From the NCBI GenBank assembly GCA_001643675.2, contig LSRY02000013.1:1550001-1614000 (forward strand): a stretch of DNA of 64,000 nucleotides. The letters are read 5' to 3'. The stretch is from Monocercomonoides exilis PA203. Lineage: Eukaryota > Protista > Preaxostyla. Position 1 is the stretch's first letter. Every line of letters starts with the position of its first letter. Made by a program: the position numbers and the translations under genes. A model generated the notes under the pieces. It worked only from the letters and a program-made list of their open reading frames with translations. It had not been told where the DNA came from and did no database searches. Shown here piece after piece: positions 26,748 through 40,105 of this stretch.

Positions 26748-28519
26748 CTAAGCTGATAGATACCAAACTATGATTTGGCCTTTCTGACATTGAAGCTGCT
26801 CCTCATCCAATGAACAAACCAAATCGCTTCTCTGCCTCCAACAGTCGCTCTTCTCCTTCTCTTTCTTCAGCTTCAGCTTCTGTTTCTTCATCTTCATCTT
26901 CTTCTTCCTCCTCCTGTCTTCCTCCTCGTCCTCTTTCTTCGCCTTCATCATCATCTTCTTCTCCAATTAACCAATTAATTCCCCAACCAATACAATCATC
27001 ATCTTCTTCTCCTTCTTCTCCTTCATCATCATCAATATCATCATCATCATCATCATCATCATCTCCCTCTTCTTCTCTTCCTCCTCCTTCCTCCTCTTCT
27101 CCTTCTCCTCTCTCAAATACACCTCCTTCTCCCTCTTCACCACCTCCTCTGTCTTGTCTCTGTATCGCTTCCTCTCTTTCTCCCACTCCTCTTTCGAAAC
27201 AAGAACACTCAACGCTTCTGCATTGTTGTTCAGAACACAAGACACAGCAGCGCATCGTCATGGGTGAGGAACTCCACAAAGGCTGTGAAAGAAAGAGAGA
27301 AATGGAGAGAAAGAAAGAAAAGATAAAAAAAAAGATAAAGAAAATATTATTTCAAAAAAAATAAAACATTTTCAATTGCACTTCCGAATAACACATGCAA
27401 TTCACTCCATATCCCTTCGGCTTTCCCAGCCTCGACTGCCTCTTCCGTTTGCTGCTCTCATATTTCCCTTTTTGTGCTGGAGCATCTTCTTTCTCTCTCA
27501 CAATCACAACTTGCTTGATGTTCACTTTCGTTGAAGGGGGAGGAGGACAAGGTGGAATCACAGACAATGCCGAAGTTAGAGAAGAAGATGAAGAAGTTTT
27601 ATTTTCTTCATCATCTTTCCCTTCCTTCTCTTCTTTCTCCTCCTTCCCTTCTTTCTCTTCCTTCTTCTTCGTTTCCCTTTTCATTTTCATTCTCTCTTCT
27701 TTTTCCTTCTGTTTCAGTGCTTTCCCATAGTTCCTCTCCCACCTCTGCTTCTCTTTCTCCCATCTGCTCTGCCTCCCCCACAAAACTGCATTCACAACCA
27801 GCCTCTTCAGCAGCGTAGGCGACGAAACAAGAGAAGAAGATTTGTTTGTGTTCTTTTTGGAAGAAGAAGCAGAAGCAGAAGAGGAAGCGAGAGAAGAAGG
27901 ATTGACTGTTCCACACATGAAGAATGGCAGATTGTGGATGGAGAGGCGCGTGGAGGAGACATAAGTGGATGGATTTAGCAGCTTCTTCCGGTTCGACTCC
28001 GACAATCCTGTCGAATGTTGATGAGATCAGGTGATTAAAATAATGTTTATTTTTAATGGAAAGCAAATCAATTTCAATGAAAAGACAAAAAGAATATTGA
28101 CAAAAAACATGAGAAAGATTAAAAAAACCAATTAAAAAAAAATATATTCTGTAAATCAAATCGTTATTGAAGACAAACTTCTCCTCAGATTCCAATCATA
28201 ATCAGTCATTCCCTCAGCTGCAGGCGTTCCAGGGACAATCACTATGTCACGTTATGAATGAAATTTTTGCGAATAAATAAAAAGAAATAAAAAGAATTAA
28301 AAAGAAATATCAACACATTCATTCGAACACACACCTCCTTCATTCAGCAGATACACATTTCTCGAGTCCTTGTTTTTCTCCCCAATTTTCTCTCTCTCTC
28401 TTTCCTCTCTGCCTGAATCTCTGCCAGCTTCTCCCTCGACACAGCAGCTCATATCCACAACAGCCTTTTGTCCAACACAAACTGAGAAGAAGAAGAAGAA
28501 AAATTTGAAGAATGTGAAA

Positions 28520-28550
<31 letters not shown>

Positions 28551-29660
28551 TGAAATAGAAGAATAAGAAGAAGATGATGATGATGAAGTTAATGCTGGAT
28601 GATCAGAGTTCAACACAATGACTGCTTTCGCAAACAAAATTCTCGCAGCAGATATGGAAAAAAAAACGAAAGAAGAAAAAGAAGAAGGGGCATCTGAGAG
28701 AGAAATGGAATGAAATGAGTTCGATGATGCTCCTCAGAAATAGCAAAACAACAAAGGCAAACAAGACTCATCGGAAGAAAATGCATTCATTTTGAACAGA
28801 TTCAAATTTCATAACATCCAACAGCAGCAACAGACAGTAGTTTCTTTGTGTGTTGCACAATGAGCATTTAATGGCCATTCAAACAACTATTCTCAAATAC
28901 GAAGAAGGCGTTTTTTCAACCAGCTTTGTAAAAAAAAATCTCGTCAATGAAAAGATTGGAGGAGGAGAAGAAGAAACCATATAATCCGCAAAAATGCAAC
29001 TTGAAATGGATTGTCACCAGGAATGACGCTCAACATAAAAAATGCTGTTTGCTGGAATGGAAAAATGATTTAAAAAATACATAAAAATTATTGGTCTTGC
29101 ATTAATTTAAAAAATCCCTCAATAGAACATGCATGCCCTCTTTTATCGCAAATGCAGAGGATTGTCCAATCACTGATGCTGCCAACCTTCATTTTCATAG
29201 TTTCCCTGTGCTCCTTTCTCCATCATCCTTTTTTCTCACACAAATATTCTGTTTTTGATGTTGTCATCCACTTTTTTTTTCCTGAAAAAAATATCTCCGA
29301 ATTTTATTCTTTCCAATAACTGTTCAATTGTTGTCATTCCATTCGCTCTCATCAAAATGCTTTGAAATTGAATTTATTTTCATCCCCTCTCCCAACTGAA
29401 TACAAATAATATTCAATTCTCATTTGCTGATTGTCCCTCTGCACAGCTCTCTTTTGATGTTCTCCTCAGAAAAGCAAAGGAATGACTATTAATAGAATTT
29501 ATCAGATTCTTGCACTCTGAGAAGGCCATGGATGGAAACATCTTTAAGAAAAACAAGAATAATAAAAAATACAAACATTGAAATATTTTTTTTGACAATC
29601 AAATTGCTGCATTTCCTTCCAAGATGCTTTTCTTAAAAATCATCCTGCCTAATTCCGTCA
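26748..29660 (-). pseudogene. NOP4: NOP4/RBM28-like multi-RRM ribosome-biogenesis gene, pseudogenised, inside the hAT-like element
   Basis: NKDSRNVYLLNEG (about 28375-28335), LLNPSTYVSSTRLSIHNLP, GKPKGY-[intron]-FVEFLTHDDALLCL..LNNN and FVLDKRLL match Nop4/RBM28 RRM3-RRM4 motifs. Introns are retained; frameshifts and stops are present. The 5' boundary is approximate. Confidence 0.72.
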
Positions 29661-31809
29661 TCAATTCCCCTTCGTCACTGACCTTGTAACTGAGTAAAAA
29701 TAATATTTACTATCCCGCGGAAAATGTTCATTTTCATTTTTCTTATCCGATACTAAAACTTTCACGGAAAAAAGATAATTGAATTATCAAGCATTCCATA
29801 ACATTTTTTCAATCACAATTTTATTTAGAAATTTCATCGATTGATTGCATGTTTTCAAGTTTTTCAACGATCCCTCTTCAGATTTTCATATATATATTTT
29901 TCTATAAAAAATTGAAAAAACAAAAAAATTACTCATATAAGATCAACAATGCAACGATTTTATGATCTCATAAAAAATCACACATTTGTTTCTTCATTGA
30001 ACTGTCCAAATAAAAATAAAGATGTGCATATTTAATGATTTGAATATTCTTGTCTCTTATTTTTTGACATAGAAAACATCAAAAAATCTTTAGCTTCATC
30101 TTCCTTCTTCTGTGGAAAAAACCTCATGATTTGTTTATTTTTTTGTTCCAGAGATAATCATATAATTTTTTATATCAGCTGAATCATCCTTGTTTTTATT
30201 GCCTATTGCATAATTTTTCAGTTTGCATAAGAGTGTTTCTTGAGAAGCAGAACTAGAAGGACTGATAAAAACAAAGCAAACAGCTTTCTTATTTCGTGTT
30301 TCTTCTTATTCGTCATATTCTGATTGCTCTTTTGCAACAGAAAGTCCGAAACTCATCGAATGAATATCTTTTCTGAATTCGAAGCTAATAATTGATTATT
30401 TCTGAAACAATTAATTGCAAATAAAATAAAATACTAAAATTCAGCTCATTTGTGAACAATAAACGATCATTTACAACAAATGTTTCAAAGAAAATGAATT
30501 CAAAAATAAATTCAATAATATTTCCGCAACTGACACTTTGTGACAAATTTGATCAAAAATTTGTCAAAAATAAAAAAAATACTAAGATTTCTTTTATGGA
30601 ATTCATATAACATTCTATAAAAATTTTTAAAAATGAACAGGGAATATATTTAAAAAATATGGGAAATGACACGTCAAAATGACTCGTCCGTCAATTTGTC
30701 ACCGACCCAAAAAAAACTTGTCAGGTCAGACAGGCTTAGTTTCAATTGTTCATTCTGAGCCTTTGTGACTTAAGAAAAAATTTTGTTTCAAGTCAGTCAG
30801 TGACTTATTGATAATTGATCAAAAAAAATCAAAAAATAATGATCATTTCGGTTCCATAATATAGAGTGAAAAAACATAAATAAGATTTCTTTCCGCTAAT
30901 ACTGTGATATTAATTCAAAATAGGCATTATATCATATTCAATTTTAACCTTTTTTACCTTTTTGTCTTCTTAAAACTTTTGATTTCTAGCCATTTTGGGC
31001 AAAACAATAATTTGTTTTTAATTCTTTGTTTTCATTTCATCCGTTTGATTTTTCATTCTGATTTTTCAAATGCTTTCTTTCTTTTAAACAAACTTCTTTA
31101 TTGTGAAACAAAAAGTTAAAAACTGCTTATCTTGGAATACTTTTTTTTTGAAATTTAAGATTGATAAAAATTCAACATTTCATTGCTTATTGTTTTTGAA
31201 CAACATTCAAAATAAAAAGCATATGGAACAATAAAAGAAATTTTGATTGAAAAATAAAATGTATTATCCATTTTTCCGCAGAAATGTTTTTTTATTAACA
31301 ATTCAAAATAACACTTACATCTCTTTCATGAGACACAATCATTTTTCATATACTTCATTGTTTTAGCTTGTTCATCAGTTTTTATTAAAATATTTCTTCT
31401 CGTTTCGATTTATCTCAAAGAAATTCAGCTCCTTCTTGTTCCGTAACTCAAAAATGATCGGCTTTATGAACTTATCCACCTCTTTTTTCAATGAAGATAT
31501 TGTCTTTGCACAAGAGAAGGAGCTGCCAACTTGTTCGATATCTTAACTCAATGAAGATTCATTTGGCTGACTCTGTGAAGAAGAAGTCTCTTCGCTTTGC
31601 GTCTTTATCTTCTTCTCCAAGAACAGCACGCTGATTCACTTCGTCATTCTGGATGTAGAGCAGCGATGAAAATAAGGCGGAAGGTAATGATGAGTCATCT
31701 TCATCAGCTCCTATGATTGACTTTTCGAATGCCTCGGTTGCGGAGGCGTCATTCACTTTGACTGCAGCGATAAACGGTATCGAGAGGAAGCTGGGGAGTA
31801 TGTTAATCA

Positions 31810-32480
31810 AAAGAAGTCGTAACTGAGGGAACAACAGACACTGTGGGGATATGTTGTGGCGCGAAGTGCGGTGCTGTATGGGTGTGTTGTGTGTGCATAT
31901 GATGTGGTGCTTTCTGCGATGCTTCCAGTTGAGCATGAAGCGCCACTTCCCTCGCTTGCAGTGTAAGTTGGCACGAAGTAGGAGGAGCAAGCGGATCTTT
32001 GCAGCGGCAGATGTGAATGCGTTCCCGTCGATCTACGATCTGTTTGACACGTCGCTGCAAATATGGAGATCGCAACAGTAGAGGCGTGCGGAGGTGAAAT
32101 TGGACGAGGAAGTGATGGGGCGAGGGATTGCAGTGTGTGAAGTGTGGGAGATTGTGGAGAAAGGGTTGGATGCCGCGGGGCTGAGGATGGAGAATGTGGT
32201 TCTGTTGCCTGAGGAGATTGTGCTGGTGGTGCTGGATGAGCGAGAAGAGGAAGAGGATGGAAAAGTGGGAGACAAAGGGGGAGAAGAAAAGGGAGAAGAA
32301 AGGGGAGACAAAGAGGGAGGTGAAGGGAATGAGGAGAAAGGTGTGTATCTGACAGCACATAGAGAGTTTGTGGAGAGAATAAAAGAGAAACAGGAAAAGC
32401 TGGAAGAAGCGATGGCGCTTTTGGTGTGGGGGCGCTTGGGTTGAGTAGGCTGAGGTCTGTGAAGGCGGAGACATGAGCAG
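31810..32480 (+). repeat. Direct duplication of a gene fragment also at about 56375-57030
   Basis: 31851-32081 and 56414-56644 translate identically; downstream about 400 bp are similar but diverged. Confidence 0.88.
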
Positions 32481-33477
32481 AGATTTTTTTCAGAAAGTCG
32501 CCTTTCACAAATGCTGAACAATACCCTCACTTTGAGTGCCTTCTGTGTGACATTGGAATACGAGAGAAATAAGAATGTCAAAGCATGAAAAAAAATTGAG
32601 TGTTTGAGTATTTCTCTAATAAATAGTCGAATTAAAACAACTGGAGTTGTGGAGCAGTTGAAAATATCGTTGATCGTTTGACAATGATTGAAGAAAAAGA
32701 TAAATTTGATGAAAAAGTTGTGTGAGAAAGTTGTTTTTGTTGTGCGAAAAAAATGAAGGCTACGAAGACGTATAAGAAGAAGATGATAATGACGATGAGA
32801 AAGAAGAGGAAGAAGAAGAATATGATAAAGAAGATGATAAAGGATTATGTGAAAGTTGTTTTAAGTTGTTTGTTATTGGGAGTTTTGAATTGAAAGATGT
32901 GGAAGATGCCAAAGAAGAAACAGAAGAAAACACCAATAAAAGAAAGTTGTTGAATAAATAACTCAAAATTCACGAGGAAGGAGAAGAAGAATAAAAAGAA
33001 AGAAAAGAAGCAGATGAAGTGAGAAGTGAATTGCGAATGGCAAATGCTGATGTGGAAGAAGGCGTTGAATGGAATGAAATGAAAGACCGCAAATAAAATA
33101 GAGTGTTTTTCATGGAGTTATTATGAGAAAGGTTAAATTGATGTGAAGAAGTTGAAAGCGATGTGGAAGAAGAGGAATAAGAAGAGAAGGAGGAGAAGAA
33201 AGACGATGACGATGAAATGGAAGGAGGAGGAGGAGGAGGAGAAGAAGAAGAAGATGATGATTGAGAAGAAGAAGATGATGAAGTTTTTGGAGTTATTTTT
33301 TTGTATCTTTATTGTTATTTCCCTTCATCAAATCATCAGATTTCACAATCGACGGCAAGAAAAGAAGCTCCAGCGAAGTTAAAGAATTAGCAGACAATTG
33401 AACAGAAAAAAAAGACGAAGGAAAAACATTGAAATTTCTGTTATTTTCTGGATTTTCTGGATTTTCTGTGAAATTTG

Positions 33478-34819
33478 TCAAATTTTCCTGATGAAAATGG
33501 CTGGAAAGAAAAAGTTGAGGAATAAAATCGAAGATGCTGATGTGAGAAGATAGTTAAGACTTCTTGTTGTCACAGAAGAGAGGAAGTGTTTTTGAATGGA
33601 GATGAGAAGAGGAAGAGGAGGAAGAAAAAGATAAAGAAGAAGAAAGGAGTCATTACGTTTATTCTCAACCGCTATTTTCAACGCCTTCGGAACACTCATC
33701 GGAATAAGCTCTGATAATGCACAGACTTTCTGAAATGACCGATAACGTCTCACAGATGCATTGATCACCATCTTCACAGCATTTTGCCACCTTCTCTGAG
33801 CAATCAATTCTTCCAAGTCCGATCTGTTGTCTGATAAAAAGATTGGGCTGGATGTCTTCACTCGTCATTCTTCTTTTTGTCTCACATCCTCCAAACCCGT
33901 CAGTTGCTTCTCCGGATCAGGTTCCCCATCAAACACACTTTCAAACTCATGCACTCATGTCATCGCTGCTCAATTGGTCAGAATCTTCTTCATATTGCCT
34001 GCTTCATCTTTTTCTATGCTCTGCTAGTAGAGTCAATTTCCCACTCCGTTGTTGACTTCACATTCACCGAACCATCTGTGTTTCATCATGACCGACGCTT
34101 CCACTTTACAGCACAGCTTCCGAAGGTGAAACGGGATATGTGTGTTCGCATGACATATCAGCTCCTTCAGACCTATTCAGATGAAGTGATCAAAGTCGCA
34201 CTTCTCTGCTTTTCCTCGATACCTTCGACAAGCGTACAGAACTTTTCACACAAGTCTCTTTTTTTTCCTTCTTCATATTTACACCATTCCTTATCCCATA
34301 ATGAACAAAGATCTCTAAAAACTTTAGGGCCAAATGCCTCTTTAGTGTTGTTCTTCCGCTGTATCTCTGCCCATCCACCCACTCCGCTTCCTGGCTTCTT
34401 GTCCAGCATGTCCAGCTCGTCCAGCATTGTCTCCTACTGCACATCTGCAACGCACCGCTTCATTATCCATGCGCTCCCCTTTCGCATCTGCACACAGATC
34501 ATCAGCCAGTTATCAAATTAAACAACAACGAGCTCTCAGCTCTTTTGCCTTCGCTCAATCTCTCCTCCCCATTTTTCTTCCTCCTATTCTTCTTCTTCCT
34601 CTTCTTCTGCTCTGTTTGAGCTCCACAAGTTCAAATATCCTCTGAACTCCTTTGTTCAACGATGGCTTCCCTCTCTCTATTATCATCAGCTCCATCACCT
34701 CCTGAGTGCTGCCTTCTTGAACAAAATCCTCGTTCGTCATTTTCAGCTGTCAGCTTAATTCTTCTGCACTTTAGCAAGTCTGCTAGAAGAAGTGGAGGCA
34801 TAATAGTACAATATAGCAT
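33478..34819 (-). pseudogene. Fragmented unknown protein-coding relic
   Basis: Chain of short coding-like ORFs on the minus strand in a GC-richer block; no family recognised. Confidence 0.3.
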
Positions 34820-35573
34820 TTTTCATATTTCACTAATAACACTATAATCTGATTATATATGTTGTTTTGAGCATGTGCTGTGTGATAAAAGTTTGCGGAA
34901 ATGTGTTATTGACAAAAAATTGAAAAATAAATCATTTCTAATTTTTCATAATTCTAATTTCATCAAAAGGATGTATTCCGAAGCAATTTTCTCCATCTCC
35001 ATCTCCTTAATATACATCTCAATCATTAAAAACGTTTTTTTATCTTTTGCACTTTCGGATCTCGATTTTATGTATTTTTCACCAATTACAATTATTTGAT
35101 CTTATCCCATTAATAATTTGAAAAACAAGATTTTTCTGATTATTTCTATATCATGAGAAAACATTTCCTCACAAAATCATTAGCATAAAAAACAATTATA
35201 TAATAAATGAAATCATGCCATATAAATTTAATTCTATTTCAGTGAATTCCATAAAGTATCATTATGCCGAAGTGGACAAATGGAGAACTTCACCTTAAAC
35301 ATCACGGAGTAAAGAAGCAGCGCATTTGGTTTCGGCATCTTGAATGTGATGTAGAATGTTGAATACGACATAAAAATTCCACCTTCTTTTCACTTGCATT
35401 GTTTTCCTTAGCTCCTCCATCAGCACTTACTCTTTTTAAAGATGAAAACTCTTTTTCTTTTCCTTCTTATTCCTCTTCCTCTTCATCTTTCGTTTCGATC
35501 TCATCCATCGCTCGACAACAAACACCTCCTCGTCTCAGCTACATTTTGAAAAACAAGAACAACAATTGAAATA

Positions 35574-35604
<31 letters not shown>

Positions 35605-36369
35605 TTCCTCTTCTTTATCTTCTTTCTTTTCTTTTTCATTTTCCTCTTTGGAGATAATGATTGAAGTGGATTGTTCAACGAAAATAGTTTTATAGTAATT
35701 TCTTTTTCTTGTATTCATTTCATAATTGTTCTTTTGAAAGAGATAGTGAATTTTTAACAATATTTATAAATATAAATTTGAAAGTTAAATATAATGAAAT
35801 GTGTCAATAAAAAAAATTAGCTGAACAAAATTGAAAAAAATGAATAAAGAAAAACTATATTAAAAGCAATGCGTTGAGAGTGTTAAATGAAAGAGAGTGT
35901 CTGTTGTCTCCAGTTATTCTTTTCATCCTCGAGAAAATGGGTGATTTTTTTTGACTTCATAAAAAAGATCAAAAATTGAAAAAAGAAATTCTATTGTAGT
36001 ATTTATTGATCAAATAGTTTTTTTGTTCTGATAACAAGAATAGATTTTTCATGAGTATTAAGCATGTATTGAAAAAAACTTTAAATGTTTAAATATTTAA
36101 ACAAAAATCCATACCTTTTTTTTTATTTTTGGCGAAAAAGGATTTATTGATCAAGTTTTTTTTTTAATAAGTGGAGAAAATATATAAATCGAACTTCAAA
36201 AAAAAGTTGAAAATTAATAATTGGAAAAACTTAACATTGAAAAGAGAAAGATCATAAAGAAGAACAGAAAAGATGATAAGAAAACAAAAATATTGGAATC
36301 AATCAAACAATAATAGTTATTTTTCTCATTTTCCCCTCACTTTTGTGTAGCAGATAAATCTCCATTTTT

Positions 36370-39300
36370 TTAATTTGATTCAGAAGCTTCATCAAACGTT
36401 AAATGAAATCGTGAAAAATTAGAAAAGCTGAGTTCAATGGCTGGCTCCCCCTCATCGCGCAGAACAAAATCGTTGCAAGCAATGGGACCAATACAGATGC
36501 CTGTGGCAGACCCCAACAGACCCCATGTACCACCATCGAGTATGCTCTCAACGCCTTCATTTCCCTCCTCCAAGACACCTCTCTCATCCTCTTCACCTCA
36601 ATGTTTGTTCCAACTCAAACACTTTCTTTCAGCTTGGTTCATACAAAAATCACCGAAAATAATGAACTTTATCTGATTCTCATATAAATATCTTCTAATT
36701 CTGATAGCTTTTCATTTCACTTTATATTCATGAATTTTCATTTTCTTTTCAACTTAAGAATATGTCATCACTTGTGTTTCGAGAAGTCTGTTATTGGCTC
36801 AAATATAAATATTTCTTCGAAATTTCTTCATCTAATTTTTCTTCTTCATCCAATGAAAATTACGCTTGCAGAAAAATTGATTCATTGCTGTCGTATCTTC
36901 AAAAAGAATATATTCATATATATCATGTGATTTTCTTCAGACTATGTTTTCTTCAGCTTTCCAATCTCAACTTGCTTGCATCCAATTAGTACCAGAATCT
37001 CATATGACTTCCCTTCAAACATAGTTTTTCGCAAATACCAGCTTTCTCTCTTTGTTTCATCTTCCACGACTAGTCGAATTCAAACAGCATCGAGAAATCT
37101 CGAGGAGATCATCCATATAATCATTCGTTCCAAATATTGTTTTCTGCCCTACTCCTTATGTTTTCTGTGAATTCTTTCAGCTTCCAAATGAAAAAGTCAG
37201 ATGATTCAGTTGTTGATAACGTGCAGACTTTTCTTTGCTTTGTGGAGAATCGCTTCCGTCGTAATGGAATTTCAGCTGATATTTTGCGAAAGAATAAATG
37301 ATCATTTGTGCTTCTGAATTGAAACGAAAGATGAGGTCTGGCACTGAATTCGATGAAAGTTGAATGAAAAAGAAGGAGACGAAGAAAGAGCAGGCAATGA
37401 AAGTGGAAAAAGGGAGCCAGGAGCAGCATGATTAGCAGAAGATGTTCGTTTAGCTTGGGATTGCAGTGAAGGAGATAGAGATGTTCTTAGAGAAGGAGAA
37501 GATTGTTATTGGATGTTCTTGAACAAAGACGAATTTACAAGTGATAAAGTGCAATGAGAAAGAGGAAGAAGAGCAATGTTTGTATTTACGTCAAATTCTG
37601 CAGTTGAATTAAAAGGCGCAACCAAATTGAGTGCAGAATATTTCTTCATCAAATCCATCGCCATCGAATTCTGCTACGCGAAGAAAGATTCCAATTTTGA
37701 AAACGACAGCGCATCTCTTCTCCCAGGTACACTTATCTTTCTAAAGGTTCTTATCCATTTCTCCTTCTGAAACAGTTGCGGTTATCCTTTCCCTTCTCCT
37801 TTCCTTCCCTTTCTGTGTGTCACTTATGCTTCCTCTTTGCAGTTCCGCACGTCTTTGCTTTAGAACGATCTTTAGCGCACTCATCAGATCCAGTCTTGTT
37901 CTCGTCTGCCTCGCGTCGACTGCTGCATTCACAGGCAATTTTCGCATCTTCCACTCAAATTGCCTGTTTTTTTTCGCTTTTAATACGCACATAGCGGCAA
38001 GGCACATCCAGTTCATTGTCCAAATCTTCTAAGTCAGAATTGGCTAAATCATTCAACATGCAGTCCAATTTCCGCTCTCTTGTCAAAATTGGCGTTTGGC
38101 TTTCTTTCGCCTCTTGCTGCGCCTAGATGGCCATTTTGTTCTCCTTCTGGTTGTTCGGCGTGCCTGTCTCAAGGTGTGGTTGTAGTATTCCTGGGATGCT
38201 GTTAAACAAATTCTTGTCTTTTTCTTCTTTCTCCATTTTCCTGCTCTCCCGCTCATCTTTCTCATTCATCTTTCCTCTATATCTCCTTCGGTTTCATCAG
38301 CCGAAGCAGTTTTTATCTCTGTTTGTGTCTCATCTTTCTTCTCCTGTCTTCATGGCTGAAGATGGAGCTGTTGAAAAGGCATTCACTTTCTTCTTTCTTC
38401 TTTGTTTTCTTCAAAGAATTTCTTCTAATCAATGATATACTCTCGTTTTCTTCTGCTTTTGCTTTATATTCATTTTCATTGTAGCTATTATCCCTATCAC
38501 TTGCATGACTTAATTCCTTCCTCAACTTATCAGTAATTTTGTTCTTCTCTCCTCTCTCCTCTCGTTCCTTGCTTTTCTCTCTCTTTCCTTCGCTCTCTCT
38601 CTTTCTCTCTTCCTCTTCTCCAGGTTCTCTGCATTCCGCTCCACCATCCGAAACTCTGCAAACAGCGATAGCGCCTTGAACGCATCTCATGAAAGAACAA
38701 AATATTGTCTTTTCCTTCTTCTTCCGAACTGCTTCCTCATCCTCCTCATCTACTGCTCCTCGCCTGTCAAAAAGCTGTTTCTAGAAGAGCGAAGCAATGA
38801 AGAAGAATAAGAGGAGGAGGAAGAAGAGGAAGAAGAAGAAGAACGTGAAGCGCCAGAAGCAGCAGCCACTTGTGCACAGCGGTTGAGATAGCGTCGGCGG
38901 AGGAGAGGATGCATTGCTCTAATGCGGCGAGCCATAGCAATTTCAGAACGATGAGGTGGTTTTGGATGGAGAGAGAGGTCAGTTACTGCTGGAGAAGATG
39001 AGGAAGATGAAGATGAAGGAGAGGGTGAAGGAGATGATTGAGGAAGAGAAATAAAAGATTCATTGGGCAATGAAGAAGGAGATGTTCCTTTTCCTGTGCA
39101 AATGCCAGCAATCGAATGAGTGAAAAGGTTTGTGTTTAATTTTATCGCTTTTTCTCAGTCTTTGTCTTCGAGGCTCAAAAGATGGATTCATATCGCATCT
39201 GACTGAAAAACGGACAATTCTCTGCTCGAAATGAGGCTGTTTGCAAGCGAACCGAATCTTCTTCGCAGAATGCCATCGCCATTGTTCAGTAATTGCTCAA

Positions 39301-40105
39301 AGAGAAAGTCGTCAATAAGATTGGTTGCATAGCCAGGAAAATCAAATGTGTTGATTGTGTTGGAAGATGAGTAGTTTTCGAGTGCCAATGGATTGACTCC
39401 ATATTCATCGACTGCCTCATCTGTATCAAGATCCTCCACTTAATCACCCATCAGCTTAAAACCAGGAAATTTCTCTTTTTTATCTTTCTCTTTTCCTTTT
39501 CCTTTTTCTCTCTCTTTCAGTTCTTCTTTCCATTTCTCCTTCTCTCTCTCCCTCATCGCTGTTATTCCTGTCATTCCTCTCACAACATTTCCTCTTTTTC
39601 CTTTTCCATCTTTCCCATCATTCCCATTCTCATACATTCCAGTGAAAATAGCCAGCTTCCTCTGCTCTTTGTTCGACATCTGCTTGTTTTTCTGCCCCCA
39701 TCTCAGTCTGTTCTGCCTCAATTGAAGTTTTCTTGTGTAAATGTTTGAAAATTCGTTGTATTCATCAAAAAGAGGCGGAGGATAAGGAGAAAGATCAGGT
39801 GAAGTTGACTGAGAAAGAAGCTGTTGAGTGAGAAAAGAATGAGGGAGAGAAGGGATGTGAGAGAGAGAAGAGAGAGAAGGGAAAGATGGAGAAAGAGAAG
39901 AGAATTGAAGAGCCAATGAAGAAGGAACAAGGGAAGATCTGTTGGTTGAGAGGAGGCGGTGAATGAAAGGTGTATGAAATGAAAGAGAAGGATTAGGAGG
40001 ATGAAAATGATGAGGAAGAGAAAGAGAAAACAGAAGAAGATACTGTATGATATGATGTTGAAATATTTGATTATGAAGAAGAAAAAGATGATGAATGAAT
40101 GTCAT
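36370..40105 (-). pseudogene. Large fragmented gene of unknown function; its 5' part is duplicated at the right end of the window
   Basis: Successive minus-strand ORFs (39440-40105, 39188-39439, 38750-39070, 38313-38690...). The STFIEF.ARPHLS segment near 37330 has a paralogue near 58250. Confidence 0.4.

Larger units (their letters stand above)
16653..30738. mobile_element. 14,086-bp hAT-like cargo-carrying element with 21-bp TIRs and an 8-bp TSD
   Basis: Left TIR taaggctgtctgacctgacaa (16653-16673) and right TIR ttgtcaggtcagacaggctta (30718-30738) match at 20/21. Identical gtttcaat at 16645-16652 and 30739-30746. TAAGG fits the hAT (T/C)A(A/G)NG terminus. tgac/gtca-rich subterminal motifs are present. 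Confidence 0.88.
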
